Shown in pieces: positions 46,637 to 58,929 of a DNA stretch of 64,000 nucleotides. The number at the start of each line of letters is the position of its first letter. Position 1 is the first letter of the stretch. The stretch comes from Octopus sinensis. Its lineage: Eukaryota. The notes under the pieces were generated by a model that saw nothing but the letters and a program-made list of their open reading frames with translations, did not search any database and was not told where the DNA came from. Location of the stretch: contig NC_042997.1 in the NCBI RefSeq assembly GCF_006345805.1, positions 175,646,001 to 175,710,000 of the forward strand. Direction: 5' to 3'. The translations under genes and the position numbers were made by a program.

Positions 46637-49029
46637 GTAATTTGAACATTTTTATTTATATATTTTCTAGTTCCAGCTCCTCCATCCTAACCCCTTTATA
46701 TATACACTTCGAAATCCTACATTTTATTGATGATAGACATCGTTATTCATATTTTCTCTTTTAAGTTTTAAATGAATTGTACTCCTTGTACTCCTTCAAA
46801 TTTATAATCATTAGAATCCCAGTTATTTCCTTAAAAAAGGCATTTTTTTTCTATTTGTATCCCCTTACAAATAACTGATGGGACCATGAGTTGATGTAGC
46901 TCCAAATTAATTGATAGAAAAGATTCATTCATGGCATGCAGGTAGTTGCCCAAACTACTAGGTGTGATCCTCAGATCTGTTGCTACCATAAACACTGTCT
47001 TAATGGAGAACTTTTCTTTCATCTATGTTTGTAAAGATGTAAATTAAAATATAATTACGTATTGTACTTGAATTATATTTTATTATTTGCCTCCTCTGCA
47101 TGTCCTGTTAAGCTTTATATCATCACTAATAGAACATCAAAATAGTGTTTTCATTTAACTTCAAGATTTTATTAGGTTATTAATGGAAATTTATTCATTT
47201 ATTATTATTGATAGGAATTTAATAATGATAAAAAAACAAAAAAAAACATTTGAATTATTTTTATTAGTAATTTACTTGTGCAAGAATAAAATGCAAGCAA
47301 AAATTCTGATTACACGTATTTTCACTTTCTGTGAAATTTCAATTTCGAGCATTGACGATGTTTGGTTTCAATATTTTTCTAATTTAATTTAGTAATTAGT
47401 CGTACATATGGGTTGTTGCTATTATTTCATACAGGGAGGCAGGGATTCACTATAAAATCTGATGAAAGTTGTTTACTTCCATCCTGTTTAAACATTTATC
47501 GAGCAAACCTACGATAAAAGGTATTTCATTTGCGACCATTTCATTGTTTTTTGGGGTTTTTTTTTCGGTAGGCGGTCAAATAGGGGCTTGGACAACGTTA
47601 TCTAATGTGTCCTTCCCTTACTTGGTGGGTGTGATCTAGGGGAGATAGGCTGCTATTTTAAGCAGATAGAGCGACCTCGTAGAGGCTTCCTCGTTGGCTC
47701 CTACTTTTAAAATTTGAAGGAATTAAGTCGTGAAGTAAATGTTGCGAATCACTGAATTGTTTACAACATATATAATGTATACCTAGTTAAAACTAATGAA
47801 TAAAAATCAATACATCCACACCCTATTTCTGAGAATTGTGTTGCCTGTTCAGAATATATGTTTCACTATTATTGTGGACCGCAACAACTGAGTCACATTC
47901 GTAAAACGAAAATAATAAATAAATTTATCCATTTATAAATACCGTATTTTTTAGCTTAATATTTTCGAATTAATTTTTAATGGGAAAAACATTTTTTTAA
48001 TCGTCACATTTCATTACGAGTACGTCCTGCCTTGTTGAGCATATAAAATTAACAATGAGTTTTATTCTCAGAACCGTATTTGGTGGGTTATGTGTGTGTG
48101 TGTACAGACACACTTTGAGGTAGCTTACATTACCCATCACTATGATTTAGAATCTGATGCTACAAGTATGTATACAGACTGCCAGACAATGCTGTTCTTC
48201 ATACATAATTTTGCACATAAGCCCCCCCTCCCTCCTATATACGAGTTACACTAGAATATAACTAGATATACATGTTTATATTACTTAGGCTTCGCTACCA
48301 CGAGAGCCGTTCTTATTTTTAAGTAATCCTTTAATACGAACACACACACACGTATTGAATGTGTGGATACTATTTTTTGTTGGGGGATAGGCGTAATATT
48401 ATCATCCGATTTAATATTCTACCTGGCCTTCGGGTGCATCTAACAGTCTATTATTTTGTTGTAGACATTCGCTCTAAACATTCAGTGAAAATAGCATAAG
48501 TTGATGTGCTACTTCATACGCTAGCTTTCCTTGTGAAATGTGACTCTTGGAGGTTACAGGTGGAATGATTTTTTTTCCCAGCGGAGGCGCGTCGACAAAT
48601 AGGACAGGAGTATAATCCCGCGTGTAATGTCTCGGTGGATTACTCGAATCCTCTTTCTCCAGTTCGTGACTAATGCTCTTGAGTTTAGAATTTCAGTAGG
48701 CCCGTACGCAGATCTAATTACTTGGATCGAAGTAGTAGTTATTGGCAACTTCCCCGTATGCAGCCAAAACTAATTGAAATGAAATCGAACTAAATAAGTC
48801 CGCGTTCAATCTGTTGGATAATTATCGGACACTTCTATACACAGATTAATTTACTTTCATTATCGAATGCAATTGGTTTCTTAAATACAAACCTATATTT
48901 TGACATATTGATTGTATATGTTAACTTAACAGCTAAAAATGACATGTAACGTATACACTGGCAGCTTTAATAATGCACGATAATTTCTCCAAGATTAGTT
49001 TTTGCGTTGCCTACACTCTGAATGTAATA

Positions 49030-49620
49030 TGTGCCAAAGATCTTAGAGGTAAAATCTGACTTAACAAATGGCGAAGTCCTATATTTCAATCTCACAAACA
49101 ATGAAAGAGTTCAATCTGTGATCGAAAATTTGTTGGTAGATAGAAATCATTTCCCTTATACATTGTCTGTGACAACAGTGAGGCGCACACCTAAAAAGTT
49201 ATTCAATGATACTCTTTCTTCCGGGATGTTTGTAGCCTGGTCGACGCATTTGGTGGTAGACTACCTAGTTCTACACTTATTACTTGGCAACTTGGGTGTC
49301 TTTAGCGGAGCCCTCTCTGTTACAAGCCTTGGGGCCAGGTTTCCACTTTGAAGATATCTTCTTCCCACTTGTCCTGAAGGCTCTGTATTGCACTGCCTTC
49401 CTCGCTATAAGATAAAAAAATGATATTGTGAAATATCTCCTAAATTTTATGTCATTGAAGTCAGTTGGGAATCTTCCATTTTTGCCAGTTATCCTTACCA
49501 GGCAGTGTACTCCACTTACACAAAACAACTAAGCGAGTGATCCAAACCATCTTAACTATCTCTTTGTTTTTCAAACAACCGAAACACATAATTCCGGATG
49601 GTTCTCATAGCTGTGCTGCA
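49030..49620 (+). mobile_element. Possible highly degraded Penelope-like RT
   Basis: Weak motif echoes only (GVFSGALS vs GVAMGSPLS; GNLPFLPVILTR vs G.LPFLD..I.R). Confidence 0.25.
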
Positions 49621-52026
49621 GCAGTACAAAGAACTCAACCAAAAAAACTCGGAGAAACTCATGCAACTCTAACTAGATGGATTTTTACCCACTGTTGCAA
49701 CTCCTGCGAGAGTACCATCCAAAATGTACTGCCAGGCATCATATTCTGCAAGTTCTCTTATCTGTAAAATTGCTGCAGGTCCTTGTGGTTTCTTGCCAAG
49801 ACAAGACAATCTCTATCAATTTTATATTCTCCTACCCTTCACTCTTCAACCAAGATGGCTTTCTAAGCAGTACTCTTCCAGAGAAAGTGTCTACATTTGA
49901 CAAGTTTTCTCCAGAATTTTCCTTTACTTCCTAACCCTAACCCGTCTCATTCATGCTTGTAAACATACTCATCAAGTGCGAAAATCTTACACATGCGTAC
50001 GTATGTATGTGTGTGTGTTCTTTGTTTCGAGACGTTTACTCATGCTTTTCATATTGCGAAATCATATACGGCCAATCTACAAACGGAACATACGGATACA
50101 ATTCTGCAGTATGAAGCTTTGAGTAACGATGTTTCGATTCATGAAAATTCTCTAACATCCTCTCTTGTCAAAATTGTCTTGAAAATAAAACGTGTTGAGG
50201 CCCAACACCCCTCCTCCCAGATTCAGCCTTGACAGTTTTCCTTTTAATGTGAGATCAATACCAATGGCAGATAATTCATGAGCAATTTTTTTCCCATTTT
50301 CTTTTGTTCTACAAAAAAGAAAAATCAATTTTCAATATGGTGAGGAATCTTTTAAGATCAATCGAAGCATCAATTCACACACACATATATATATATATAT
50401 CATAAAACCAATCGCTATCTGGTTACAAACGTTAATTGAATGCGTGTGTGTACACTAATGCAATATTGTTTATTTCTGTCGTGTTGTGTATACTGTTGCT
50501 GTTATGGCAAATACAGACAATTCGCAAGATATATTTTAGATGCATACATTATTTAATCTTTACACTTGTGTCCACACTCCACTTGTACATTATTTCATAA
50601 GCATCAAAATGCAATTATAGTTGCAAATGTACCTGATCGTTATTTGAATTAAAAACACTCTGAAAAAGTGAAAATACAGTTTTAAGAATCGTCACAATTC
50701 ATTACTTTCATTTTACAACATTAAAGAGTAATATATATGAATCCTTTTGTTATTAAATGCACGTTACTTCTTGTTATTTTTACTCTGGTGTTTTGCATTG
50801 AAACACCCCCTCCCTTATATTCTCATGGTAAATTTATTACTAACGGTATCAAAGGAGGGTGAGTTAGCTGATCAGTAATCTGTATCAAAGCTTTACGTTC
50901 TAAGATTATATAGATCCAGGATTGAGATTTCATTTCTCTGGGGTCGTCATAAAGAGTACTAGGCATGTGTGAAATATGATCCAGTGAATTATACCTCTCC
51001 CCTTTAAAAACGTGGGACTTCTAAGCCAGAATGTAAGAAATCGTTATGGTAAACATGGCGTATTTTACATATTTCAATACTTGTTATCCTAACTTAAAAG
51101 CAAACAGCAGTTTATTTTCGGACAGTAGCAAACCAAATATATATATATATACCTAAATATACTGTGTACATACACCTGCAAATGTTTGTTTCCGTAAGTA
51201 GCTGGTTTCAATAGGAAATTCAACTTCAAAAATTGGGTTTTTTCGTTCCATTTATATTTGTCCTCGGAATACATTTTATGATGTCTGGCTAGCTTGTTGA
51301 TATAACGAGTTCTATAAATATATATCCAGCTGACAACATCGGTCGCCACTCATCTTCTTACCTTCTTGTGTGCGATCTGGGTGGGAGAAATAGATATGGT
51401 GTGTCTATCTGCGCGCGCGTGCGACTTTCCTGCAAACAAAGAGAGACGAATATAGGAAAACTAATATCATTTTTATCAGCCTTTCTCTACGGAAAATGAG
51501 TCATTGACTGGAATCTTTATTCTTTCACTTTCTCGCTTTCAGATCATTAATGTGAATCTGTTTTCATTCACACTGGTAATTACGTTTATTTCAAAAGCAA
51601 AAGTAGGCTATGTTAACGAGGAATGGGGTGCAATTATTTTGAAAGGAAAAGTCTTCAAGAAACCGATCAATAGATAAATTGAATAATGTGTAACAGTATT
51701 TTATGTTGGAAGGAATTTGGCTTGTCTTTCATGTCAAGTTCTAAAACTTTAAGTCTTTACTAACTTGAATATTGAAATAAAGTAAAATTAGTTATATTTC
51801 GTTTTAAGTTTTCAGAAAGTGAAAGAATGAAGTCATCTTTATATAGAAATAAAAATGAAACTGAATTCTGAAGTAGTTATACCAGTTAAATATTGCTTCT
51901 GTACTGACACCAACCTATGCAACAGCAAGTTTCTTTGTTGTGCATTGCTGCCAACCAGTTTAGATAAGCTCTACAAGGCAAGGCAGTAACACATGAGACC
52001 CAGAATCTTGTCTAATACTTCAATAG

Positions 52027-52232
52027 AGGCAGCAAGCTGGCAGAATTGTTACTGCGTTAGGCAGTATTTCATTCATCTTTACATTCTGGTTTCAAGTTCT
52101 GCTGAAGTTGACTTTGCCTTTCATCCTTTTGGGGTTGGTAAAATAATTACCAGTTAAGAACTGAAGTCAATGTCATTGACTTAAGTCCTCCTCTGAAATT
52201 GCTGGCCTTATGTTAAAATATGAAATCAATAA
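52027..52232 (+). mobile_element. SINE family A, older copy (alternative tail)
   Basis: aggcagcaagctggcagaattg...gactttgcctttcatcc...aaattgctggccttatg. Confidence 0.82.
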
Positions 52233-52567
52233 TGCCCACCCCCACGCATTCTCATCTGAACAGGTTTCTTGATTCACCAAATGCATTAGCTCATTACTGT
52301 CCACTGTTGAGTTATTCATTAATGTTAACAGTACTATCAGGTGTAAATATCTTGTAAGCAGGCATTCCTTTTAATCAGGTCATTAGTGTTAGGTCTTCTA
52401 CAATTCACATTGGTATGCATAAACAATGCATGAACAATTTCAGAAATAAATTACAACAGTTCTTAAAAGCATTCTTTTAGAATCCCTTTATTTCACTTAC
52501 TTTTTATTCCATGTCAGACTGTGTCTTCCCCAATGGCAGGGTGGATTCCTGCATTATTTGGAGCAGT

Positions 52568-52781
52568 TTACAATGTCTCGATAAACAAAGTGTTTTTGTT
52601 TTTACATTTGGTGCTTAGATGTAAAGATTTTTCTCCCAACTCTTGAATATCCAATGTAAAGTTGACTATAAGTGAAGCAGGGCTCTTTAAGGTGTAAACC
52701 AGCAACCAAAAATATTTTCCTTTGTGATTTCTTGATGGTCATGGCAAAACTAAGATTCACTGGAAATTGAAGTTCTTTGAA
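52568..52781 (-). pseudogene. Helitron Pif1-like helicase C-terminal fragment
   Basis: FKELQFPVNLSFAMTIKKSQRKIFLVAGLHLKEPCFTYSQLYIGYSRVG matches helicase motifs V-VI (QFP..L.FAMTI.KSQG..L....F.HGQLYV..SR). Confidence 0.85.
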
Positions 52782-52964
52782 TTGCGAGGGACATTATCTC
52801 TTGAGTCTGTGTGATGGAGGCTCCAGCACTCTTATCATCTAATTGATGCATCCTATGCTTGGGTCTCTCCTGAGAAAGTGTGACAAGGGCTTGTGTTTGG
52901 CTGTCTCTTGAGCTTGCTACTGATGCTTTCTGATGGTCTTTCAACTCTGTTGCCCTAATGAAAT

Positions 52965-53490
52965 GATTTGGCATCGGTTCTATAGCTGGATGCCCTTCCT
53001 AACACCAACCACTCTGAGAGTGTAATAGGTGCTATTTACCTTCCACTGGCACAGCTGCCAATTGCATGACACCAGTATCTGCCACAATTATGATTTCACT
53101 TTGCTTGATGGGTATTCTATTCAAGCATGGCGTATTGACAAAGGTCTCAGTCATTTGTCATTGCCTTCAGAGCTTGAAAGGTGCTTTTTATGTGCCAGTA
53201 TATATATCATCATCATCATCATCATCATTTAGCGTCCGTTTTCCATGCTAGCATGGGTTGGACGGTTTAACTGGGGTCTGTGAAGCCGGAAGGCTTCATC
53301 AGGCCCAGTCAGATTTGGCAGTGTTTCTACGGCTGGATGCCCTTCCTAACGCCAACCACTCCACGAGTGTAGTGGGTGTTTTTTACGTGCCACCTGCACA
53401 GGTGCCAGACAGAGCTGGCACAACGGCCACGAACGGATGGTGCTTTTACGTGTCACCGGCACGGGGCCAGCCGAGGCTGGCAACGAACAT
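52965..53490 (-). mobile_element. Two adjacent RTE 3'-tail family C copies
   Basis: gctggatgcccttcctaac.ccaaccactc occurs twice (~52985 and ~53333); the second has a (tca)n tail beside (TA)n. Confidence 0.85.
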
Positions 53491-53621
53491 ACATCTATAT
53501 ATATATTGATGTATGTACATATTATAGATAGATATATATGTATACACATGAACTCATGTATTTCTGTGTGTATACCTGTGCACACACACACATACCTGTA
53601 TTAATAATATATGCATTCTTT

Positions 53622-53935
53622 TATTTTACTTGTTTCAGTCATTTGACTGCCTTTCAGGGTTTTAGTCATACAAATTGACCCCAGAACTTATTTTGTAAGC
53701 CTAGTACTTATTCTATCAGTCTCTTTTGCTCAACCACTAAGTTACAGGGACATAAATACACCAATACCAGTTGTCAAGTGATGATGGAAGTGACAAACAC
53801 ACACACACACACACTTGCAAGGCTTTGGTTGAACTGAGGCTATAGTAGAAGACGCTTGCCCAAGGTGCCATGCAGTGGGACTGAACCTAGAACCATGTTG
53901 GGAAGCAAGCTTCTTACCACACAGCCATACCGGCG
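53622..53935 (-). mobile_element. SINE family B
   Basis: tttacttgtttcagtcatttgact...caaggtgccatgcagtgggactgaacc. Confidence 0.85.
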
Positions 53936-54739
53936 CATGTATACTTAAATATTTTTGACAGATAGACAGACAGACAGAGATATAGGTATGCACACACAAA
54001 TTAAAGGCCAACAATGATTTTGAAGTTTCACCAGTTGTTACTTTTGCCAGTCTGATGAGGCCAATGACCTGCAATATTTCAAATTTACTACCTATCTTTT
54101 TCTTGTAAAAATATGAATGTGATAATGTACTTAAATTTATTGAGTGCTGTTTCAATAAATGTTTGTATTTTGTATATATCTAAGCAAAAACAAATTATAT
54201 ACACAAGAATGGTAAATGAGAGATTTCTGGCTACCAGCTGGTTAAAACTTATTTTTCACAATGGATTTGCTCTGCCTGAAAGATGACCCACAGAATTTTG
54301 AAAAAATGTATTCTTGGACACTAAAATTCAACAAGCAATAGCCTCTTCTTTTTGCTTTGATGTGATTTACATATATGATGCTGAAGATATGAAACTATAT
54401 TGTTTCCTACAAATAGATGAATTGAAAATATTAAAAATATCACCTGCATATGACAAATGAATGTGTATTTTCTAATGTTTTGTTTGTAACTAATCGAATC
54501 TCAATAGGTAATCATATTTGGATGTGCTTACAAATATTTTTAAGTACATATTGTCATGCTGCTTTTCGTACATCAATAGTGTGAATAACCAGCAATATGA
54601 AACTTTGTTTACACTATTTAAAAAGTTATATGATGTAAAAAGCTTCAGCTTTTTATACATGCAATCTCTCAGAGTTGAGTATGGTTGTTCTCCAGATTTA
54701 ACTTCTGTCAGCCTATCTGTGACTATGTAAGCTAATGCA

Positions 54740-55200
54740 GGATTCATAAGTTAGTTGCTGACTGAGCATTTGTTGTCTCACAATAGAAGAGGCACTGTGT
54801 TGATCACTTTGGACCGCTTTCTACTTTATGCCTATCACTGGGACATTCAGTTCATGCTCAAAGTGTATCGAAGTGTTGAACTCCATAATTGATGATCTCT
54901 CTCCACTTGTGTTGGTTATTCACTGACAGTTCCCTCGCACATTTTGATGCCATCCTTATTCAAATTTCCTTTGAATATGTCTTTGACTTGCCCTTTTTTT
55001 TTTGTTTCCTTCTATGCACCATTCAGCTGAGAGTGAAAACAATTGTTTGGACAGCCAAAGGTCTAACATTTGCATAACCTGGCCTGCCCACAGAAACTGA
55101 TGTCACATAATTATGGGAAATATTTGTTTACTCTTGTATGCTGACTTCCTCAGTCTGTTCTGCACTAGATGCAGGATTTCCCTCACAAATCTCTGGTGGT
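54740..55200 (-). pseudogene. Degraded RTE/BovB-type LINE ORF2 3' end
   Basis: HQFLWAGQVMQM..LSKQLF.HSQLNG..KDIFKGNL.KDGI..KWREIINYGVQHF matches QLRWAGHV.RM..LPKQLFY..L..G.R..KD.LK. Confidence 0.75.
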
Positions 55201-55371
55201 GTATTATGGGGCTTTTGATTACAGCTTTTCCTGCTTTAAGACTCTAGAGAGCCAGCTCAGGCGACTACCTTATCCTAGAAAAATTTGATATTTGTCTCAC
55301 ATGGTGATATGCTTGTATGTGTGTTTGTATCTATCTGTGTATTTAAATAGTTGTTTGCATATATTCTTTTA

Positions 55372-55770
55372 TTCTTTTATGTTTCATTCGTTTGACTGTG
55401 GCCATGCTGGAGCACTGCCTTTTAGTCAAAGAAATCCATCCCAGGATTTATTCTTTGTAAGCCTGATACTTGTTCTATTGGTCACTTTTGCCAAACTGCT
55501 AAGTTACAGGGACGAAAACATACCAACATCGGTTGTTAAACGATGGTGGGGGACAAACAAAGACATATATATATATATATATATGTATGTATACACACAC
55601 ACACTAAGGTCTTTTCTCAGTTTCTGTCTATGAAATTTACTCACAAGGCTTTGGTCAGCCTGAGGCTATAGCAGAAGACACCTGCCCAAGGTACCACACA
55701 GTGAGACTGAATCCAGAACCATGTGGTTGGGAAGTCAGCTTCTTACCACACAGCCACACCTGTGCCTATA
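55372..55770 (-). mobile_element. SINE family B
   Basis: tttgactgtggccatgctggagcactgcc...caaggtaccacacagtgagactgaatcc. Confidence 0.87.
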
Positions 55771-56519
55771 TGTATATATTTTTGCACATAAATTCAGAGA
55801 AAAGAAACATTTGGGTTTATCCATGAAATAAAGAGAAGTTTGGAAGTGTGTTTATTTTGCAACCTGGTGCAGAATACTTCTAGCCTTTGAATACTGACTT
55901 CTTTCTCTTTCAATGTAAAGCAAATCCGCATTCTTTTATATTTCCTTTAATAGAAAAAAAGGAAGTGAATTGAGTTGCTGTGACTAATTCAAGTTATATG
56001 ACTAGTAACTTTTGTATCATAATTTGTCTTATGACTTACTTTCTATATTTTTTTTCTTTTTATTCCTTTATTTGTTGTGTAGATAGTTAAAAATAGTTTC
56101 AAGAATTTTCCCATTGCATTGTGTCCTACTTTTCTTATCTATAATCATAGATATTGAAATTTAATGCCTATATATATAAGTAATTATTTTGACTTTGAGT
56201 ATATGTCTAGTAGTATGCTGATTAAAGCACTTTCACCATTTAGGCTACCTGATATTATAACCCTGAAACCATTTCCATCCTCTGTCAGTGTAGCCAACAT
56301 ACTGCAGGCAACCAAAACATGGCAAGCGAAACTCAGTATATGTAGTGAGGTATCTTACTTAAATGAGATACCTGACAAGACACAGCCTGCATTGATGGAG
56401 GCAACACAACTAGCTGTAAAATATCCCATCTGTAAGGGACAGATGCAGGATGGATTGAAATGATCATCGTGTTGAATAAAGGTTCTTGCTAAATCCATTT
56501 TCTGTTTCCCTCGTATGTA

Positions 56520-56715
56520 TGTATGTACATATCAGTGCCAAATAAAAAGCACCCAGTACACTCTGTAATGTGTTTGTTATTAGGAAGGACATCTAGCTGT
56601 AGAAATGTTGTTGAGGCAGACAATGGAGCCTGGTGCAGCTCTCTGGCGGGCCAATTCCTGTCAAACCATTCAACCCAAGCCAGGATAGAAAACGGACATT
56701 AAATCATGTTGATGC
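56520..56715 (+). mobile_element. RTE 3'-tail family C, older copy
   Basis: aaagcacccagtacactctg...aggaaggacatctagctgtagaaa...aaacggacatt. Confidence 0.75.
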
Positions 56716-56940
56716 TGTGTGTGTACATACACATAGCTATATTGTAAATAGATGAGATACAAATTGTATTTTGGAAGGATCATCTTTGGCAGTAATGAAC
56801 ATGATTATTATTCACTCTTGTTCTTAGTATCAGTCATTTTTTTGCCTCACTCCCATGCTGTCTTTCACTTATTTTGTACATACTTGTTTCTTAAAAGTAG
56901 CTTTTGGACATTGTCAAACAGCAAAAATATATATATATAA

Positions 56941-58929
56941 TCGTCAGAGTGTAAGTTCCTTGAGAGAAAAGCTGAACCTAAGAAGCGTCAGTTGTGGCGT
57001 GCAAGAGAGACGGCTGCGCTGGTATGGTCATGTGACAAGAAAGGCTGAAGATAGTTGTGTGCAAAAGTGCTACACCCTAGCAGTGGAGGGAACCTGTGGA
57101 AGAGGTAGACCCAGGAAAACCTGGGACGAGGTGGTGAAGCACGACCTTCGAACTTTAGGTCTCACTAAGGAAATGTCTAGAGACCGAGACCTATGGAAGT
57201 ATGCTGTGCATGAGAAGACCCGGCAAGACTAGTCAGGCCATAACCCGTGGCCCCGACCTGGGACGTAGTCAGTCCTGTGCATACCTTCCTTCTTGTGACA
57301 CTTATGAAGACCTGTTGAGGCAAGTGAAAATCAAATCAAATCAAAACAAATCAAAATAGATGAACATCAGTGGAATTGTATTCTTTGTGGTACCAGTGCC
57401 GGTGGCACACAAGAAAACCACCCAAACGTGGCCGTAACCAGTACCCAGCATCGACTGGCCTCCGTGCTGTGGGCACAACAAACACCATCCGATCGTGGCC
57501 GTTCGCCAGCCTCATCTGGCACCTGTGCCGGTGGCACATAAAGACACCATCCGAAGACCCGGCGACGTAGTCAGTCCACCTGTGCATACCTTCCCTCTTA
57601 TGACACTTGTGAAGACCTGTTGAGGCAAGTGTGTGACACTTGTGAAGACCTGTGAGGCAAGTGAAAATCAAACCAAATCAAAATAGATGAATATCAATGG
57701 AATTTGTATCTTTGTGGTTCCAGTACCGGTGGCACACAAGAAAACCATCGAAGTGGCCGTAGCTGGTACCGCATCGACTGGCCTCCGTGCTGTGGGCACA
57801 ACAAACACCATCTGATCGTGGCCGTTCGCCAGCCTCACCTGGCACCTGTGTTGGTGGCACATAAAAACACCATCCAAAGACCCGGCGACGTAGTCAGTCC
57901 ACCTGTGCATACCTTCCCTCTTATGACACTTGTGAAGACCTGTTGAGGCAGAGGCAAGTGTGTGACACTTGTGAAGACCTGTTGAGGCAGAGGCAAGTGT
58001 GTGACACTTGTGGAGACCTGTTGAGGCAAGTGTGTGACACGCGTGACACTTGTGAAGACCTGTTGAGGCAAGTGAAAATCAAACCAAATCAAAATAGATG
58101 AACATCAATGGAATTTGTATCTTGTGGTTCCAGTACCGGTGGCACACAAGAAAACCATCCGATCGTGGCCGTTCGCCAGCCACATCTGGCACCTGTGTCG
58201 GTGGCACATAAAGACACCATCCGAAGACCCGGCGACGTAGACAGTCCACCTGTGCATACCTTCCTTCTTGTGACACTTGTGAAGACCTGTTGAGGCAAGT
58301 GACACTTGTGAAGACCTGTTGAGGCAAGTGAAAATCAAATCAAATCAAAACAAATCAAAATAGATGAACATAAATGGAATTTGTATCTTTGTGGTACCAG
58401 TGCCGGTGGCACACAAGAAAATCATCCGAACGTGGCCGTAGCCAGTACCGCATAGACTGGCCTCCGTGCTTTGGGGACGTAACAAACACCATCCGATCGT
58501 GGCCGTCCGCCAGCCTCATCTGGCACCTGTGTCGGTGGCACATAAAAACACCATCCGAGCGTGGCCGTCTGCCAGCCTCGTCTGGCACCTGCCAGCCTCA
58601 TCTGGCACCTGTGTCGGTGGCACATAAAACAACATCATCCGAGCGTGGCCGTCTGCCAGCCTCGTCTGGCACCTGTGTCGGTGGCACATAAAAACACCAT
58701 CCGAGCGTGGCCGTTCGCCAGCCTCGTCTGGCACCTGTGTCGGTGGCACATAAAATCACCCACTACACTCTCGGAGTGGTTGGCGTTAGGAAGGGCATCC
58801 AGCTGTAGAAACACTGCCAGATCTGACTGGCCTGGTGCAGCCTTCGGGCTCCCCAGACCCCAGTTGAACCGTCCAACCCATGCTAGCATGGAAAACGGAC
58901 GCTAAATGATGATGATGATGATGATGATG
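56941..58929 (+). mobile_element. 5'-truncated RTE LINE: ORF2 terminus (to 57232), nested-VNTR 3' UTR, (GAT)n tail, 14-bp TSD
   Basis: ERRLRWYGHVTRK..VEGTCGRGRPRKTWDEVVKHDL..DRDLWKYAV*; TSD atatatatatataa at 56927-56940 and 58930-58943. Confidence 0.95.

Noticed and set aside
49930-49943. Telomeric (TTAGGG) remnant next to the putative Penelope fossil
   Set aside because: Only two units (ctaaccctaaccc), which is expected by chance.
54470-54505. Recursive splice site (actaat...caatag|gtaatc)
   Set aside because: Weak pyrimidine tract and no demonstrated host intron; a single AG|GT is expected by chance.
56240-56348. Plus-strand exon LPDIITLKPFPSSVSVANILQATKTWQAKLSICSE
   Set aside because: Splice sites are plausible, but there is no recognisable homology and no phase-linked neighbour; insufficient support.
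57490-58745. HDV-like ribozyme in the 62-bp unit (ccagcctcatctggc resembles the HDV P3/L3 segment)
   Set aside because: No 7-bp P1, no CC/GG P1.1, and no P4 or catalytic-C junction could be built; the resemblance is limited to one short hairpin.
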